Below are positions 62,862 to 64,000 of a stretch of 64,000 bases of DNA, one piece after another; position 1 is the first letter of the stretch, and every line of letters starts with the position of its first letter. A program made the position numbers and the translations under genes. Below the pieces are notes generated by a model. The model was given only the letters and a program-made list of their open reading frames with translations, did no database searches and was not told the DNA's origin. The DNA is from Chiloscyllium plagiosum (lineage: Eukaryota). The stretch spans positions 99,939,186-100,003,185 of the forward strand of contig NC_057718.1 in assembly GCF_004010195.1 (NCBI RefSeq), read 5' to 3'.

Positions 62862-63085
62862 TTAGATTAGATTAGATTCCCTACAGTACGGAAACAGGCC
62901 CTTCGGCCCAACCAGTCCACACTGACCCATTTCCCTCTGAATGATGCAACTAGCAATATGGGCAATTTAGCATGGCCAATTCACCCTGACCTGCACATCT
63001 TTGTGACTGTGGGAGGAAACTGGAGCACCCGGAGGAAACCCACACAGACACGGGGAGAACATGCAAATTCCACACAGACTGTCAC
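62862..63085 (-). mobile_element. HE1 V-SINE (5'-truncated)
   Basis: (agatt)n tail and V-domain. Confidence 0.85.
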
Positions 63086-63664
63086 CATGCCATCCTATTC
63101 CAGCTTGGAAATACTCCAGAGATTATCGATTCAGCTGATCTCTGGAATAGACATTGTGCAGCCTGGGCCTATTCTCACTGGAGTTTCGGAAGAGGAAAGG
63201 TGATCTTATTAAAACTTTAAGATTCTGGGTGGGGGAGGGGGAGAGGGGGGGGCTTGACAGGGTAGAGTTTGAGAACATGTTCCCACTAGGGTCGGAATCT
63301 AGAAAAAGACGACTCGGTTTAAAATGAAAAGATCCCTGGTTGAAAGTAGAAACGTGGACTGATTTCTTCTCTCAAAGCCTTTCGGATTCTCTTTGACAGT
63401 GAGCAGTGATTACATTCATGGTTTGGTTCAAAACCTTTGATAGATAAGTATGTTGGGGCAGGCGAGCAAGTGTAATTATAGGGGCTACCAGGGTTTTATT
63501 GACTGGTGAAGCAGGCCTGAGGGGTTCAATAGCCTCACCCTGCACTTCTCATGATCTTGTGAATGTAGGAATAGTGATAAAGCATTTAAACACAGCTTGC
63601 TGGTAATTGATTTGAATGCAAAAGTTTAGCATAAGAGACTTGGTGTTTTTCACCAGAGTCTAGA

Positions 63665-64000
63665 CTGATTGATTGATTGGTTGTTGTCACGTGTTCCCAA
63701 ATACAGTGAAAAGTGTTGTTTTGTGTTCTATACAGGCAGATCATACTACACAGGGTAGCAGAGCAGAGCGCAGAATAGAGTGTTACAGCCACAGAGAAGG
63801 TGCAGGGAGAGAGAGAGAGAGAGATCAGCATTAACGTTTGAGAGGTCCATTCAAACATTTGATAACAGGCAGGGAAGAAGCTGTTCTTTAATCTGTTTGT
63901 ACGTGTTTTCAAACTTTTATATCTTCTGCTGATGGAAGAGGGTGGAAGAGAGTATAACCAGGGTGGAGGGGTCTTTGATAATGTTGGTTGCTTTCCTGAG
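63665..64000 (-). mobile_element. Rex1/Babar-type LINE 3' end (continues beyond the window)
   Basis: Minus strand LPSAEDIKVxKTRTNRLKNSFFPA-like C-terminus, 3'UTR and (aatc)n tail. Confidence 0.8.

Overview
Eukaryotic, repeat-dense non-coding DNA (intron or intergenic) from a cartilaginous fish. This is inferred from abundant HE1-type V-SINEs and their partner CR1 (HER1-like) LINEs. No host protein-coding exon, rRNA, bona fide tRNA or CRISPR array could be supported. Most listed ORFs are decayed transposon fragments or N-gap artefacts. The window is a mosaic of truncated CR1 LINEs, an L2/CR1-group LINE, Rex1/Babar and RTE remnants, several tRNA-derived SINE families, Tc1/pogo-type MITEs, poly(A) L1/Tx1-like tails, Penelope-like elements (PLEs) with GIY-YIG remnants, minisatellites and three assembly gaps. 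The most interesting signal is a large population of short (about 130-220 bp), often fold-back, PLE-derived non-autonomous elements flanked by 14-16 bp target-site duplications (TSDs). They carry minimal hammerhead ribozyme cores (CUGANGA-N-stem II-GAAA-NN-UH) whose stem II differs between families while remaining paired. One copy holds a perfect head-to-tail ribozyme dimer (23994-24065). Also notable are a local inverted duplication with a templated 19-nt patch, an AGGTCA-rich frame-preserving minisatellite and a candidate cryptic exon. All family names come from manual pattern recognition, and coordinates of decayed repeats are approximate.
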